Assembly (NCBI RefSeq): GCF_001194135.2
Contig: NC_068985.1
Span: 13,378,175 to 13,430,915, forward strand
Direction of reading: 5' to 3'
Origin: Octopus bimaculoides
Taxonomy: Eukaryota
DNA length: 52,741 bases
Of the stretch, positions 11,874 to 25,463 are shown in pieces. Under the pieces are notes generated by a model. That model had not been told where the DNA came from. It worked only from the letters and a program-made list of their open reading frames with translations, and ran no database searches. Within the stretch, counting starts at the first letter, position 1. Every line of letters begins with the position of its first letter. The position numbers and the translations under genes are program-made.

Positions 11874-11946
<73 letters not shown>

Positions 11947-12642
11947 NNNNNNNNNNNNNNNNNNNNNNNNNNNNNNNNNNNNNNNNNNNNNNNNNNNNNN
12001 NNNNNNNNNNNNNNNNNNNNNNNNNNNNNNNNNNNNNNNNNNNNNNNNNNNNNNNNNNNNNNNNNNNNNNNNNNNNNNNNNNNNNNNNNNNNNNNNNNNN
12101 NNNNNNNNNNNNNNNNNNNNNNNNNNNNNNNNNNNNNNNNNNNNNNNNNNNNNNNNNNNNNNNNNNNNNNNNNNNNNNNNNNNNNNNNNNNNNNNNNNNN
12201 NNNNNNNNNNNNNNNNNNNNNNNNNNNNNNNNNNNNNNNNNNNNNNNNNNNNNNNNNNNNNNNNNNNNNNNNNNNNNNNNNNNNNNNNNNNNNNNNNNNN
12301 NNNNNNNNNNNNNNNNNNNNNNNNNNNNNNNNNNNNNNNNNNNNNNNNNNNNNNNNNNNNNNNNNNNNNNNNNNNNNNNNNNNNNNNNNNNNNNNNNNNN
12401 NNNNNNNNNNNNNNNNNNNNNNNNNNNNNNNNNNNNNNNNNNNNNNNNNNNNNNNNNNNNNNNNNNNNNNNNNNNNNNNNNNNNNNNNNNNNNNNNNNNN
12501 NNNNNNNNNNNATATATATATATATATATATATATACATACACATATATGTACATACATATATATATAAACAGATTTATGTATTATATGTATGAATATAC
12601 ACACACATATCTATATATATATATATGTGTGTGTTTGTGTGG

Positions 12643-12687
<45 letters not shown>

Positions 12688-13499
12688 GTATATATGATGA
12701 TACGATATATGATTTTAAAGTAATTTGATTGGCTATTTCTACTAATTTTACCACGTCAGTCTACAGCTTACAAATCCTTTAGATATATCTGCTAAGCCAA
12801 AGGTTATATCTGATCAAGGAAGCTTGAGATAAAAACGCTTTCATGCACTAACAATTCCCTCTTTTTGTAGATCAGAAACTATACTGAAAAGCGTATCCTT
12901 TCTTTGAAGACTTGTATATGCTGAGATCATGACTCGCATGACTATTCATGTATTCCCCTAGTACTTTCAAACAAATATGTATTGATGTCGAACTTTGTTT
13001 GGTATTGACACACATACAGTAGGTTATACAAATTCAGATTCACACACATAAATAGACATATGATATATAGATTGATTCTATTCCGTATTTAGATATAAAT
13101 GTACATATGTATATACAGGCATGTAGATATATAAACGCACGCACAGACACACAAGCACACACACACACGCACACACACACACACACACACAGACAAACAC
13201 ACACACGCACCCATATATATATATATATATATACAGAGAGAGAGAGAGAGAAACAGACAGACAGAATTCTCTGGATATGTTTCTCTGTAAGTCTATGTAT
13301 CTATATATATACTGACCATTTTGAATACTTTAAATACATCGATATATCTGTGTAATGAGCATATATGTGTGTATGTGTGTAGGCATATGTATACATATGT
13401 ACAGAGGCAGCTCTATATATTGTACAGAGGCAGCTCTATGTTAAAGGGAGTAAGAGCTTAAGCCTACAAAACGCCCAGAGTACCGAATAAAATCATCAG

Positions 13500-15050
13500 A
13501 CAATATCCATGCCGTGTTTGAGAGAATTATGGAAGCAACTGTCCAAATTAGGAAGGAGCTACTGAAATTCCTGACAATCAAAAACTTCAACGACAAAGGC
13601 CAACGCAAAGAAGGATGACTGGATTAACGCTCTCAATGTGAGTGCAGAAGAACTGGGTGACTGAGAGCACGCTAGATGCTGTGGAATTTCTCTCTGTCAT
13701 CATGGAGGAAGTGTACGCATTATTCCCTGCTAACGTGTGGTATAGATTCATAGACACCTTATCTAATGCAGGGTCCCAGTACTGGGTAGCTAACTTCATC
13801 GAATTATTGTGTCAGTGTTGAAGAGAAGGAACAGAGCCCGAAGCTACATAATCACTCAATAAAAGGACAAGAGGACACTAACTCCTCTAACACTACAAGA
13901 CAAAACCTTTGTCAGCATATCGTTGGATAAATCTTCGTCTGTGTGATCATGAACAGATCTTGCTATATGGTTGAAAATATATTCCCGACTCTCAATGTGG
14001 TTTTCAGATCAGGATGTTTTACAAATTACATAATCTTCTCTCGTCGACAGCTACAGAGAACTTCAAACTCTAAACTCTACGTCGCTCCTATTGATTTCAG
14101 ATAGATCTTCATCTTTGTGAGTATTGATAGTTACATCTAAAGAATCCACGATTAGATAGCTTGAGCATTCAGCACAGGGATGAATGATATCAATTCATTT
14201 CGCGTCTCTTCTTGGGGGGATTCAATTATCTTTAACGGAGTAGAGCAAAATTGTGTACTTGTTCACAACTTGCTAAGCAATTTTATCTCCTTCATACTGA
14301 AGGGCACGTTTGGAATAGCAATCTTCATAATCTTCTCACTGTGTATGGACTGAAGACAAAACCTAAAGTATTCACGAGGGACATCTTTTGAAGGGCAACT
14401 TCAGCGCCTTATGAACAGCATGAAGATATCCAACGAGTTAGCCCAAGACACTAAGCAGTCCCTTATAATACTATCAATAATTACGTGAGGTGGAGTTAGC
14501 ATTATTTAACAATGCAATCACAGCTAGTTCCACACTAGCCTTTGGGAAGAAGAGATTAATAGGTAGTACAGCTTCGACATAGAGCTTACTGATAAAAAGT
14601 GTTTATGTGAACAACAGGAAGACGATGCACATCCAGTTTGCATTTTGCAGGTACTTTGCCCATAGAACACTCCCGTGGAGTAACCTGGAGACTCTGCTCT
14701 AGACAAGAGCGGTGATTTAACAGCTTCCAGCATCACAGCACGCCATATATTCTGGATATGAAGTAGGCTAACAATTTTGCTCTACAACCACAGACCCAGT
14801 CTTTCCTCATCATGCGACCTCAGCATGCATGTTGCATGTCAGTTAATTGGATCCCAAAACATCTCTTCTCAGGAGAGCTGATACTCGATAAGAGAGCAAA
14901 GTTATCTGAAAGTATAACGTTAAATTACCAAACATGATGGCCGAGATGTGGAGGAATATCGGAGGTGACTGGATATCTTCAGCCCAAACTGTCCGTCAGG
15001 CAGAACTATCATCAAAAATGCACTATTCGTGACCGACCAATTGTCTTTTA
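13500..15050 (+). mobile_element. Heavily decayed RTE-like LINE (RT region)
   Basis: Frameshifted motifs near 13900-14100: GKIF..VIMNR-like, IFPDSQCGF(R)SG, IFSRRQLQ. Also QLQRLMNS (~14400) and SSTLAFG (~14530). Confidence 0.65.
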
Positions 15051-15517
15051 CCAATTTGTATATTTAGAAATACAGAAATCAATATTTCCTACCTTTGTTT
15101 AAGACGTTGGACCGTGAAGGTACTCTGTTGGTCACCGTTGGTTTTTATTTTTTTACGTTTTCTTTTTTGACAGCCTATTGGATAATTTAAGTCCAGATGG
15201 TCCAATACTTCCTTTGTTTAAGACATTAATCTGTGATTTGAGTGAGATGTCACTGCTGTTTCTGGCTAGAGGTGCGACCAGGTAGACATTCCTCGTGATA
15301 CCCTTAGATACATATTCGTTCTACACGGATGCTTTTGTTACTTTATTTTCAGAGTAGAGCCTGTTCCATTGCAGTTGTTTTGCATAATGGCGTCTAAAAC
15401 TTTTTAAAAATTACATAAAGTGCAATAACAGCATTAACATGTTGTGTTGTGGCACTGACTAAAATATTCCATCAAAGTAATCACTGCAAAAAAAGGTGTA
15501 TATGTCTCTCCCCCTTG

Positions 15518-15573
<56 letters not shown>

Positions 15574-16659
15574 TATCTCTATCTATTTATATACATATAT
15601 GTGTGTATATATACATATACACATATGCATAGATAAAAGCATAAGTATATGATATATATATATACATGTATATCTATGCATATCTATGCATAGATATATG
15701 CACAATATATATATATATACAAATGTGTGTGCGTGTGTGTGTGTGTGTTAATTTTGTCTAATACTAAAATCGTAACGCTTCACATCCCGTTTCAATTTTG
15801 GAAGCTCGCATTTCTGTTATGATAGAAGCAGCCATGGGTCTGGTGGAAAGAAAATCAATGACAATTCACAAGAATATGGAAGATAGGAATCTATAAAACT
15901 AGTGAAATTCTTTCACGCCAAAATCAGTCAAAAAAAATGCTAGAAACTTAGAAACTTTGTGGGGGAAATTACTGAATGAAATTTTTTTTAAAGATATCAG
16001 AAATGACATTAACACAATCTTCAGTCAATTAATGGCGTATAAATTTAAAATAAAGTTTAAGGATCGCCATAATTTGTAAATCTTTTTCTTTTTTCAGCTT
16101 ATTATATACGAAAATATTTCTTTCGTCCTTGTCAGAATTGTTTTGTTTTTAATAAAATTCGGAGGAAATATCTTCACATGTGTTATTTATAAGGAAATAT
16201 TGAAACTAACTTTAAAAGGTAAAAAAGAAACACCATTAATTTTTGTGGAATTCAATACGATAAAGTATAATTTTCTTTATGTTCATCTGTTCAATACTGA
16301 TGACTACCAAACATTATGGATTCCAGATTCTGCAGAGAAGTTAGTCGAAAAATAAAGAACATTGCTAGATTTAATGGACTAAATTTAAGCTCTTCCCTTA
16401 TATAAAAGATGGAATCTGACACAGCTGGAATAATTATATTTCGGTTCATCAGACGTAAGATTAGTACGTATGAAACGGCTACTCATAAAAATTTGCCGGA
16501 CGTTACAGTCCGGAGCGGAGCAACTGTGTGGAAGCCAAAGTTAACAAAATCTTTCGGTTCTCCGTATGTAGCCGTTCCCATAGTTTTATCGTCATATTTG
16601 TTTGTTAGCTTTCATTTGTGTTGCATTACATTTTCCCCTTTCCACTGCTAACTGATCAT

Positions 16660-16870
16660 ATATTAATATTATTTCTTCATTCTTTGTTTCAGCCTTGGAC
16701 AGCGGCTAATCTGATTCACCGGCTTCTGAGGTTTAATTGAAATAATCAACACTAGTACTTATATTTTAAGCCTGGCGTTTATTCTCCCGTTGCCGAAGGT
16801 GTCACACAGTGGGATTGAACCCAAGCTTACATGATTGGAAAGCAACGTTCTTACCCACACAGCTACGTTT
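16660..16870 (-). mobile_element. SINE family A, decayed and internally deleted
   Basis: TTGTTTCAGCC...CTAGTACTTA...CACAGTGGGATTGAACCC...CTTACCCACACAGC match family A. Confidence 0.65.
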
Positions 16871-16871
16871 G

Positions 16872-17299
16872 CAGCCATGGGCCAGACGGTTTGACTGGAA
16901 CTAGTAACCCAGAGATCTGTACCAAGCGCCAGTCTGGTTTGGCTTGGTTTCTACGCAAGGATGCCTTTTATCACGCCAATCACTTCAATGGTGTAGAGGT
17001 TGACTATTGCGTGTCACCGGCACGGGTGCCTTTTACGTGTCTCCAGCACGGGTGACTTTTACATGTCACCGGCACTGACCACGATTAAGATTTCACTTGA
17101 CTTGACGAGTCTCATCAAGCACAGTAAATTCCCACAGGCTCCATCAAATGCCATCGCCTCCATGAGACTCAACATCCTAAGATTGTGCTTGGCCACATCG
17201 GCCCATGTCTTCCTGGGTCCACTTCTTCCGCGGGTTCCCTCCAGAATTAGAGCTCAGCACTTCTTTACGCAGCAGTCATCGTCCGTACGCATCACATGA
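16872..17299 (-). mobile_element. RTE-clade LINE 3' end with 3' UTR
   Basis: HVMRTDDDCCVKKC*ALILEGTRGRSGPRKTWADVAKHNLRMLSL (RGRP-KTW-type motif). The 3' UTR contains ~26-bp tandem units at 17007-17075. Confidence 0.8.
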
Positions 17300-17399
17300 A
17301 GTACACATATACGCACGCACTCATGCACTCACACACACACACACACTCGCACATACACACATACGTACTATAATATATATGTATATATACGCTAAATGA

Positions 17400-17570
17400 G
17401 GATTATGGCTGTGTGGTAAGTAGCTTTCTTACCAACCATATGGTTCCGAGTTCAGTCCCACTGCGTGACACCTTGGGCAGGTGTCTTCTACTATGGCCTC
17501 GGGCCGACCAAAGCCTTGTGAGTGGATTTGGTTGACGGAAACTGAAAGACGCCCGTTGTATGTATATATA
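17400..17570 (+). mobile_element. SINE family A, 5' half, running into an assembly gap
   Basis: TGGCTGTGTGGTAAGTAGC...GACGGAAACTGAAAGACGCCCG followed by TA repeats and Ns. Confidence 0.85.
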
Positions 17571-18141
17571 NNNNNNNNNNNNNNNNNNNNNNNNNNNNNN
17601 NNNNNNNNNNNNNNNNNNNNNNNNNNNNNNNNNNNNNNNNNNNNNNNNNNNNNNNNNNNNNNNNNNNNNNNNNNNNNNNNNNNNNNNNNNNNNNNNNNNN
17701 NNNNNNNNNNNNNNNNNNNNNNNNNNNNNNNNNNNNNNNNNNNNNNNNNNNNNNNNNNNNNNNNNNNNNNNNNNNNNNNNNNNNNNNNNNNNNNNNNNNN
17801 NNNNNNNNNNNNNNNNNNNNNNNNNNNNNNNNNNNNNNNNNNNNNNNNNNNNNNNNNNNNNNNNNNNNNNNNNNNNNNNNNNNNNNNNNNNNNNNNNNNN
17901 NNNNNNNNNNNNNNNNNNNNNNNNNNNNNNNNNNNNNNNNNNNNNNNNNNNNNNNNNNNNNNNGTGTGTGTGTGTGTGTGTGTGTAAAAAGGTTGAATTA
18001 GATTCTTCCTTTAATTTGGAAGTTTCCAAAAAAAGATTTGTAATATGGATTCTTCATATTTTGCTGGTAGCTTACTGGCGTAAAATTGCGAATATGAAAA
18101 TAATACTTGTATATGGTGTGTTGTGAAATAACAAAATGTAA

Positions 18142-18490
18142 GAGGTTGTATACCAAGCAACTATTATTACTCAGGACTCCTCTAAATATGTATACATTGG
18201 TTGCACGGAAATTTCTCTTTAACCGAGAATTGATAACCATAAATCTTCTTTTAGGGACCCTAGAAAAGAGAATAGCACAGATCTAACTAAAAAAATTTGG
18301 CACCTCAAAAGAAACAATATTGATTTCTCAATTTCTTGGAAAATCCTATTTTCTTCCCCCTCTTATAGATAAATTAATAAAATTTGTAGGTCAGGTTTCG
18401 AAGAAAGCTAATGTATAATGAGAATGAAATAGAAATCTGATTAACACTAGGGATAAAACAGTTTTCTCATTAAACACATGACCAAATTCC
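18142..18490 (+). mobile_element. Penelope-like element, GIY-YIG endonuclease remnant
   Basis: EVVYQATIITQDSSKYVYIGCTEISL*PRIDNHKSSFRDPRKENSTDLTKKIWHLKRNNIDFSISWKIL (VVY..YIG, R..NH, ST.L.K.IW.LK), with several stops. Confidence 0.85.
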
Positions 18491-19208
18491 TCTTTATCAA
18501 TCTTAAATAATTTTTCACTCCCCACTTGCTTAGACTTGCTTTTGGTGTTTTTTAAAAATATTTCTACATATTATCTTTTTCTATAGAAAACGATTACTCA
18601 TCACATTCTCTTTACATCACTATATCTTACACTATCTGGATATATCTTTCTATGTATCTAACTTGTCCTTCTAACAATTGCATGACCCGCCATATATTGG
18701 GCTAACGTTTTATCTATCTCTCCCTACACCTCCTTTCCTCTCAAAATGTCTGGGGTTTCTTTTTAAATAATATCTTTCCTTAATATATAATATACCTATA
18801 TATTATTTTATTTTATTTTATTTTATTTACATGTGTCCTTTTAAACTCCCTGAACATACCCATTCTAACTAATACGGTTTTATGTTATTTGTCACTCTAC
18901 CTGGTAATTGAATATATTTTACTGCTGATACATGCAAACATATAGAGTACTTCTTGGTGTCCTACATGCGTACAACCATGTGTGCATATCTAGATATGGA
19001 TCTTATATGTCATCTGTGTGTGCATATCGATTATCATCGTATATTTATGCACTATATATTGCCCTTAACGCGTATTTTTTAATATGAACGTGTGCACATA
19101 TACGTATGTTTCGCATAAAAACAAATATATATATACTACTATTTTTTCTATGTGTCTGTACTTATATGTATATGTATATGCCTTTTTTTCCTCTTTGCAC
19201 CGGTATGC

Positions 19209-19250
<42 letters not shown>

Positions 19251-19254
<4 letters not shown>

Positions 19255-19400
19255 AATCCAAACAAGAACAAGAAAGAAAGAAACAACAACATGAGGATGT
19301 GGAACAAGTACTGTGTTATTGGACGCTCAGGAAAGGAAAGAAAAGAAAGAGGATGTCACGTTTCGAGCGGAGCTCTGCATCAGAAATAAAGGAAATGTCC
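19251..19400 (-). mobile_element. (TA)n-anchored short element with degenerate hammerhead-like motif (copy 1)
   Basis: Minus strand 19383-19357: CTGATGCA-GAG-CTCCG-CTC-GAAAC-GTG. A9 is replaced by C and the GUG triplet is non-cleavable. Downstream GAGCGTC motif (plus-strand 19322-19328). Confidence 0.6.
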
Positions 19401-21090
19401 AAAGAAGGGAAGACAGAGAAAGAAAATCGCCAACGATGCACACGCGGTCACATAATATACTTTTCTACGGTGTTCCTTACTTTACGTATTCCCTAATCAA
19501 AAAACATCTGGATTTCCCATATCTATGTATAATAATGTGCAGATATTTCTCTACTCACGTATAAGTAAATATACTAACAATTTTCTCCTAAGTTTTTATA
19601 GGACATAGTGTATAAATTTTTTGTATACTGATGTGCACCCCAAAAATCGTAATTTTTCTTATATTCTTAATACACAATACTATTCTATTACTTGAATATT
19701 AATACAGACCTAATACCACTACGCCAAGCTTGTTCCTTACGTCATATTTTTATTCATACTTAAACATAGTTACATATAAATTAAACGCTTTTTCCACTCC
19801 TTTTTGTTTTCATTCCCAGCTCATTTATTTTCCCTACATTGTTATTTATCCGTACTCCTACATCCAATATTAAATTCCTGGGCGATCTTTTTTCATCGTT
19901 ATGGCAAATGTAATTGTAATATTAACAACTATTCTTCTGTTTTTACTTGTTTTTCTACCTTATATTTAATACATATTAACGAATATTAGTTCTTATGCGA
20001 ACACTAGTCCATTTTACGAATCTTTAATCCATTTTTACCTCTATAACAGTTGCTTACATTAACAATAGAGTAGCTCTTTATATATTATCTCCTCTACTTT
20101 AACTTCACACTCATGTATTAAATTTGTCTTAAATATACACCACACTAAGTATTGTTTCTAACTGTCACATCATATCTTAATTCAGATGCCTTTCTATTGG
20201 ACATTTCTATACAATCTTTTCCCTACGCGACTTATTTAGAATCAGAATTTCTAATCTCCGTACTCATCTATAGAGGGAACGTCTCTGAAACATCTCCCAC
20301 TTATATTTTCAAAATTACCGTTATACTCTTTAGTTTTATTTAATACCTCAGCTATGTAAAGTAGAGAAAAAGAAAAAGAAAAACCTTGTTCGGGGGACAC
20401 GTTGCGTTACCTGTTCCCGGTATCGAAACCACAGCGTTAAGGCCGTAATCCCGACAATCTAACCAATAGTTCATGTGCCTGCTCACGCAGTTACACACAC
20501 ATACACACTCACACACCCGCACGCACATGCACACAGAATGTATATGTATAGATACATACCCGTATATGCAGAAACATTGGTGTATTTATGGGTTTGTATA
20601 AATGTGCATATTTTAGCGAAATCATGTTTCCGTAAGTCAATAGAAGTATATAAAATAAGTAATTCACATTATATTTATATGTAAAAATCCTGTCGCAGCG
20701 ATGCCAAAGTATTCTATATGTAAATGAAAATTATATAAAGTGATGAATGCGACGTTGAATATACATATATCTTTTCCTGTATATATGCGTATTTGTTTGT
20801 ATCGTTGGCTGCTTGTGAATAAGTATCTATTCTTGCACAGGAATGTTCAAATAAGAATACTGTGGATGCGAATTAGCATTATGTTTGTGATTATGCTGAC
20901 CTATGTATCTGGGTCAATGAAATGATGTTTGCGCGTGATTTCATTTAATGTTTTGACGTCTCTATAGGTACGTATATGTACGCTTGCGTTTCTGCATACC
21001 TTTGTGCTCAAGTGAGTTTAAATTTTCAAGGTAATTAATTTGCTTGTATAACTGAATTGTGAATGCATAACTTTCTGGCTCTATCCATGC

Positions 21091-21138
<48 letters not shown>

Positions 21139-21206
21139 AACTATCTGTATATATGCTTATATACATATCTTTCTCTCTCTCACTCTTTCTGTACAGACAC
21201 ACACGC

Positions 21207-21244
<38 letters not shown>

Positions 21245-21742
21245 AGAATTCACAAAANNNNNNNNNNNNNNNNNNNNNNNNNNNNNNNNNNNNNNNNNNN
21301 NNNNNNNNNNNNNNNNNNNNNNNNNNNNNNNNNNNNNNNNNNNNNNNNNNNNNNNNNNNNNNNNNNNNNNNNNNNNNNNNNNNNNNNNNNNNNNNNNNNN
21401 NNNNNNNNNNNNNNNNNNNNNNNNNNNNNNNNNNNNNNNNNNNNNNNNNNNNNNNNNNNNNNNNNNNNNNNNNNNNNNNNNNNNNNNNNNNNNNNNNNNN
21501 NNNNNNNNNNNNNNNNNNNNNNNNNNNNNNNNNNNNNNNNNNNNNNNNNNNNNNNNNNNNNNNNNNNNNNNNNNNNNNNNNNNNNNNNNNNNNNNNNNNN
21601 NNNNNNNNNNNNNNNNNNNNNNNNNNNNNNNNNNNNNNNNNNNNNNNNNNNNNNNNNNNATTTGATCATTTGTACAATCATGCACAGTGGGGGAATTGTA
21701 TTTGAAAATGAATGAAAGATCAGCGTAACTATATTATGAAGG

Positions 21743-22452
21743 CTGAGAAAGCTTTGGTGAGATTGGATATAAAATAAAAATGGAGGGAGATGTGTGAGTT
21801 TAAAATAAAATAGAATTTAAAACTAAATACATTTGAAGGTCGAATATAATTGTAAATTAAATTAAATTAAAAGGATCTTTTTTTTTAAAAAATTAAACCA
21901 TTAAATAGATTAAGGATTAAAATTTAGGGCTAAAATTTAAAATATGAAATCAAATTAAAGCAAATTAAAAATTAAAAGTGTTTTAAGAAAATACACAAAA
22001 ATACATAAAAAATGAAAAATATATAAAGACAGAGAAAAAAGGAAAAAGAAAGGAAATAGTAAAATAGGAAATAGAAATAAATTAAATGAATAAATGAAAT
22101 GAATTTTTTGAAATTTTATATTATTTTATTTATTTTTTATTATTGTTTTATAATTACTTTTTCTTTTTCATATTTTTTGAATAGTGTTCAAATTTTGTTA
22201 AAACTCTTTTAATTCTTTTAATATTTAATTTACATTAATCTAATTTCATAATTTTGGTCTCAAGTTTTATTCCTTAATCTATTTAATAGTTTAATTTCTT
22301 TTTTAATTCTTTTAATTTAATTTAATTTAAAGTTAGATTCGGCCTTCAATTTTATTTGGTTTTAAATAACTCCACTTGATTTGATTTTATATAAGCCTCA
22401 CACTTCTCCCTGTATCTCTATTTTATATCCAAGCCCACGAGAGTTTTCTAAG
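21743..22452. repeat. Long diverged inverted repeat (fold-back), very AT-rich
   Basis: Arms align by eye: AGGGAGATGTGTGAG (21784-21798) vs CTCACACTTCTCCCT (22397-22411); TTGAAGGTCGAAT vs ATTCGGCCTTCAA; ATTAAATAGATTAAGGA vs TCCTTAATCTATTTAAT; TTGGATATAAAA vs TTTTATATCCAA. Confidence 0.8.
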
Positions 22453-22910
22453 AAAATCAAGATCTTCGTCGTCATTGACTGTAGAAATCATAATTAGTGT
22501 AGCCAATGCAGAATAATATAAAAGAAATGAGACCAAATCAAGTTTTGGGACCTGAAAAGAATGTGCGATCTTTCGGCTACGCGTAACATGCGTAAATATA
22601 TTTTTACACCTCATTGATCTAGAAACGCGCGTCCACAATTAATGAAGGTCAGGTAGATTCGTTATTTTTTCTATTTTTGCTTTTGTAGTTTGCGTGTATT
22701 ACTGTTTTGGGGAGTCATATTTTAGTAGAGAAATAGTAGTTTTCGCTGCTATTTCTAATTTTCGATGTGTGGTGAAGCAATACTTGCTGAACCCTACATT
22801 TTAAATATATGTGTGTATATATATATGTATATANNNNNNNNNNNNNNNNNNNNNNNNNNNNNNNNNNNNNNNNNNNNNNNNNNNNNNNNNNNNNNNNNNN
22901 NNNNNNNNNN

Positions 22911-22941
<31 letters not shown>

Positions 22942-23305
22942 TTACAAAAAACCCCATGCACACACACACACACTACCCACAGACATAGCAGAAACAGGAA
23001 TAACTGTCCAGCTCTTCACTGTGTATCTGTGTGAGTTTGTAGAATATTTAACTTTGTTTCGGGTGTAATTTCCTTTTAGCCGGTCGCTAACGGAGAGACA
23101 AGAGTTTTTGAGTTAAGAAAATCCCCGTTGGTTGTAAATATGTAGTGAAATTAAAGTCTGTTTTAATATTTTGTCTTTTTTTTAACTGGCGATGTACACA
23201 ACCAAGTGTTTGCATCTATACATCTAAAGATTCTCAGACGGAGACTCTTGGGAATGTTATACAAAGTGAATGCATGTGTGTATGTATGCATGAATATATA
23301 TATAT

Positions 23306-23395
23306 TCTTTTCTTGTTTCAGTCATTTCACTGCGGCTATGCTGGAGCACCACTTTTACTCGAGCAAATCGACCCCATGAGTTATTCTTTGTAAAC
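23306..23395 (-). mobile_element. SINE family A 3' fragment
   Basis: CTTGTTTCAGTCATTTCACTGCGGCTATGCTGGAGCACC...TTATTCTTTGTAA. Confidence 0.8.
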
Positions 23396-23398
23396 ATA

Positions 23399-23623
23399 GA
23401 CACGTGTAACCTTAACGTAATCCTGAGGGAGATTCAGCGTGACACAGAGTGTGACAAAGCTGGCCCTTTGAAATACAGGTACTACTCATTTTAGCCAGCT
23501 GAGTGGACTGGAACAACGTGAAATAAAGTGTCTCGCTCAAGGACACAACGCGTCGCCGGGAATTGAACGCACGACCTTACGATCGTGATCCGTATGCCAT
23601 AACCACTAAGCCACGCACCTTCA
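23399..23623 (-). mobile_element. SINE family C (head type 2), 3'-truncated
   Basis: Head GAAGGTGCGTGGCTTAGTGG...GTTCAATTCCC, then GTGTCCTTGAGCGAGACAC, then the family C body. Confidence 0.85.
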
Positions 23624-24134
23624 CATGCATGTGGTACATTTGACAGGTTCGAAAAGCTTTATCCAACTAATCAACTTGCATTGGAATAATGTTAGAATAA
23701 AACTACGTAAATAAACTAAAATACATTTCGAGCTTTTAAATGTGCGATCAACATTATATAGAATTCTCAAGGTTGTTAGTAGTTTGCCAATGTTAACATT
23801 AATTATGATTACATTTTTCGTACATCAAAGGTGCATTTGGCACCTCACATTAGTCTTGTGGCTACATATGAATATATAAATTAAGTAAATATAATACGAG
23901 GCGTAACATGCCCGGTAGGTTTGGCGAAAATTCATCGAATACCTTTGTGTCCTATGGTTGTAAAATGTTTACAAGGCGAAGTGTCTTCAAGTAATTATAT
24001 ATATACCTCTATCTATATATGAATGCATATATATATGTTTATATATGTGTGTATATATATATATAGTTAGATAGATACATACATACATATATATACGTAC
24101 ATATATATGCATGCATATATATATATATTATATA

Positions 24135-24189
<55 letters not shown>

Positions 24190-25325
24190 TGTGTGTCTGT
24201 GTGTGTATGAGTATGTGTAAGCGTGTGTGTGTGTATACATACATACATGTATATATGTATATATATCCAAGGAGAGTGAATCTGTGTGTGCATTTGTGTG
24301 TACATAACTATGCTTTTACGTGTGTATGTCTATACAAGTAAAATTGTACAGGTATTTAACGAAATATATCTACACTTGTAATAGACAATATTTGTATACG
24401 TACTTATACTGGTTCATAAATTCCATATCTATGAAGAAACACACACACACATACACACACATATATATATGTAATAAAAATACGTACCTGTTTGATATAT
24501 ATATACACACACACTTATGTATGTATATACATATATATTATATATACATACATCTATGCATACATATTATATGTGAATGTATACACATAGATATGTTTGG
24601 GTATGTGTATATACAAAACACACAGGTAGAGGCTACGGCTGATGGAGAGGGTCAGGTGTCGAGTGTGTGTAGGAAAAAATAAAATGGCGTTTGTGTGTTG
24701 GATGGTTTAAGTATTCGATTTGATATTTGGGAATTCATGTCTGACGAAAACGAATTATGATAAAAGCAATGAAATGATTTATTATGTAAATAGGGAGTTC
24801 ATTTCGAATTTTATGAAAATGAACTGCGGTACGTCTGGGGATATTTATAATTAATTTCGCAGATATTTCTCATGCTGCTCCTATTATTACTACTATTACT
24901 ACTTGAGATTAATACTCTAAAAATTTAGTTATTCTACAAAATATATATCATGGGATATCGACAGGATCCAGTGTTATTGCTTCCAACAAATAAAAGTATT
25001 TTATAACCAAAACCTCATAAGATTTAAGAGAATAATTTGTATTTTTCACTACGTAGGAAAATTATAATGTCTGTCCCATACTTGTTGCAGCCATAGAGCT
25101 CACGCAAATGGTAGTAAGAGGATTTCGGAATTGAAACGTTAGTTTAGGCTTATCTGCAAGTCTATAGATTCAAACCACTGACTGTTATGTAGACTGGTAG
25201 ATCTTTGAATTCAATGCATTGCAGAATCTACTAGCAGAAACCACAGACGCCCAAAGGTGTAGGATGCCTGACAAACAACACGCCTGCTTTCATAGGCGAA
25301 ACTGAGACCAGCTCGACAAGAACCA

Positions 25326-25463
<138 letters not shown>

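Noticed and set aside
11630-12697. Long ORFs (up to 472 aa) containing X runs, here and at 17.4-18.1, 21.1-21.7, 31.6-32.3 and 34.3-36.0 kb
   Set aside because: They are open only because N gaps contain no stop codons.
13398-13439. 19-bp direct repeat TGTACAGAGGCAGCTCTAT x2
   Set aside because: Only two units with a 4-nt spacer; a simple local duplication, not a CRISPR-like array.
16409-16651. 80-aa ORF with a CCGGAC/GTCCGG hairpin
   Set aside because: No recognisable motif or convincing splice context; length is within chance expectation.
25270-25310. GCCTG-CTTTCA-TAGGC-GAAAC, hammerhead-like stem II plus GAAAC
   Set aside because: No CUGANGA adjacent to stem II and no valid stem I or III; at best a decayed remnant.
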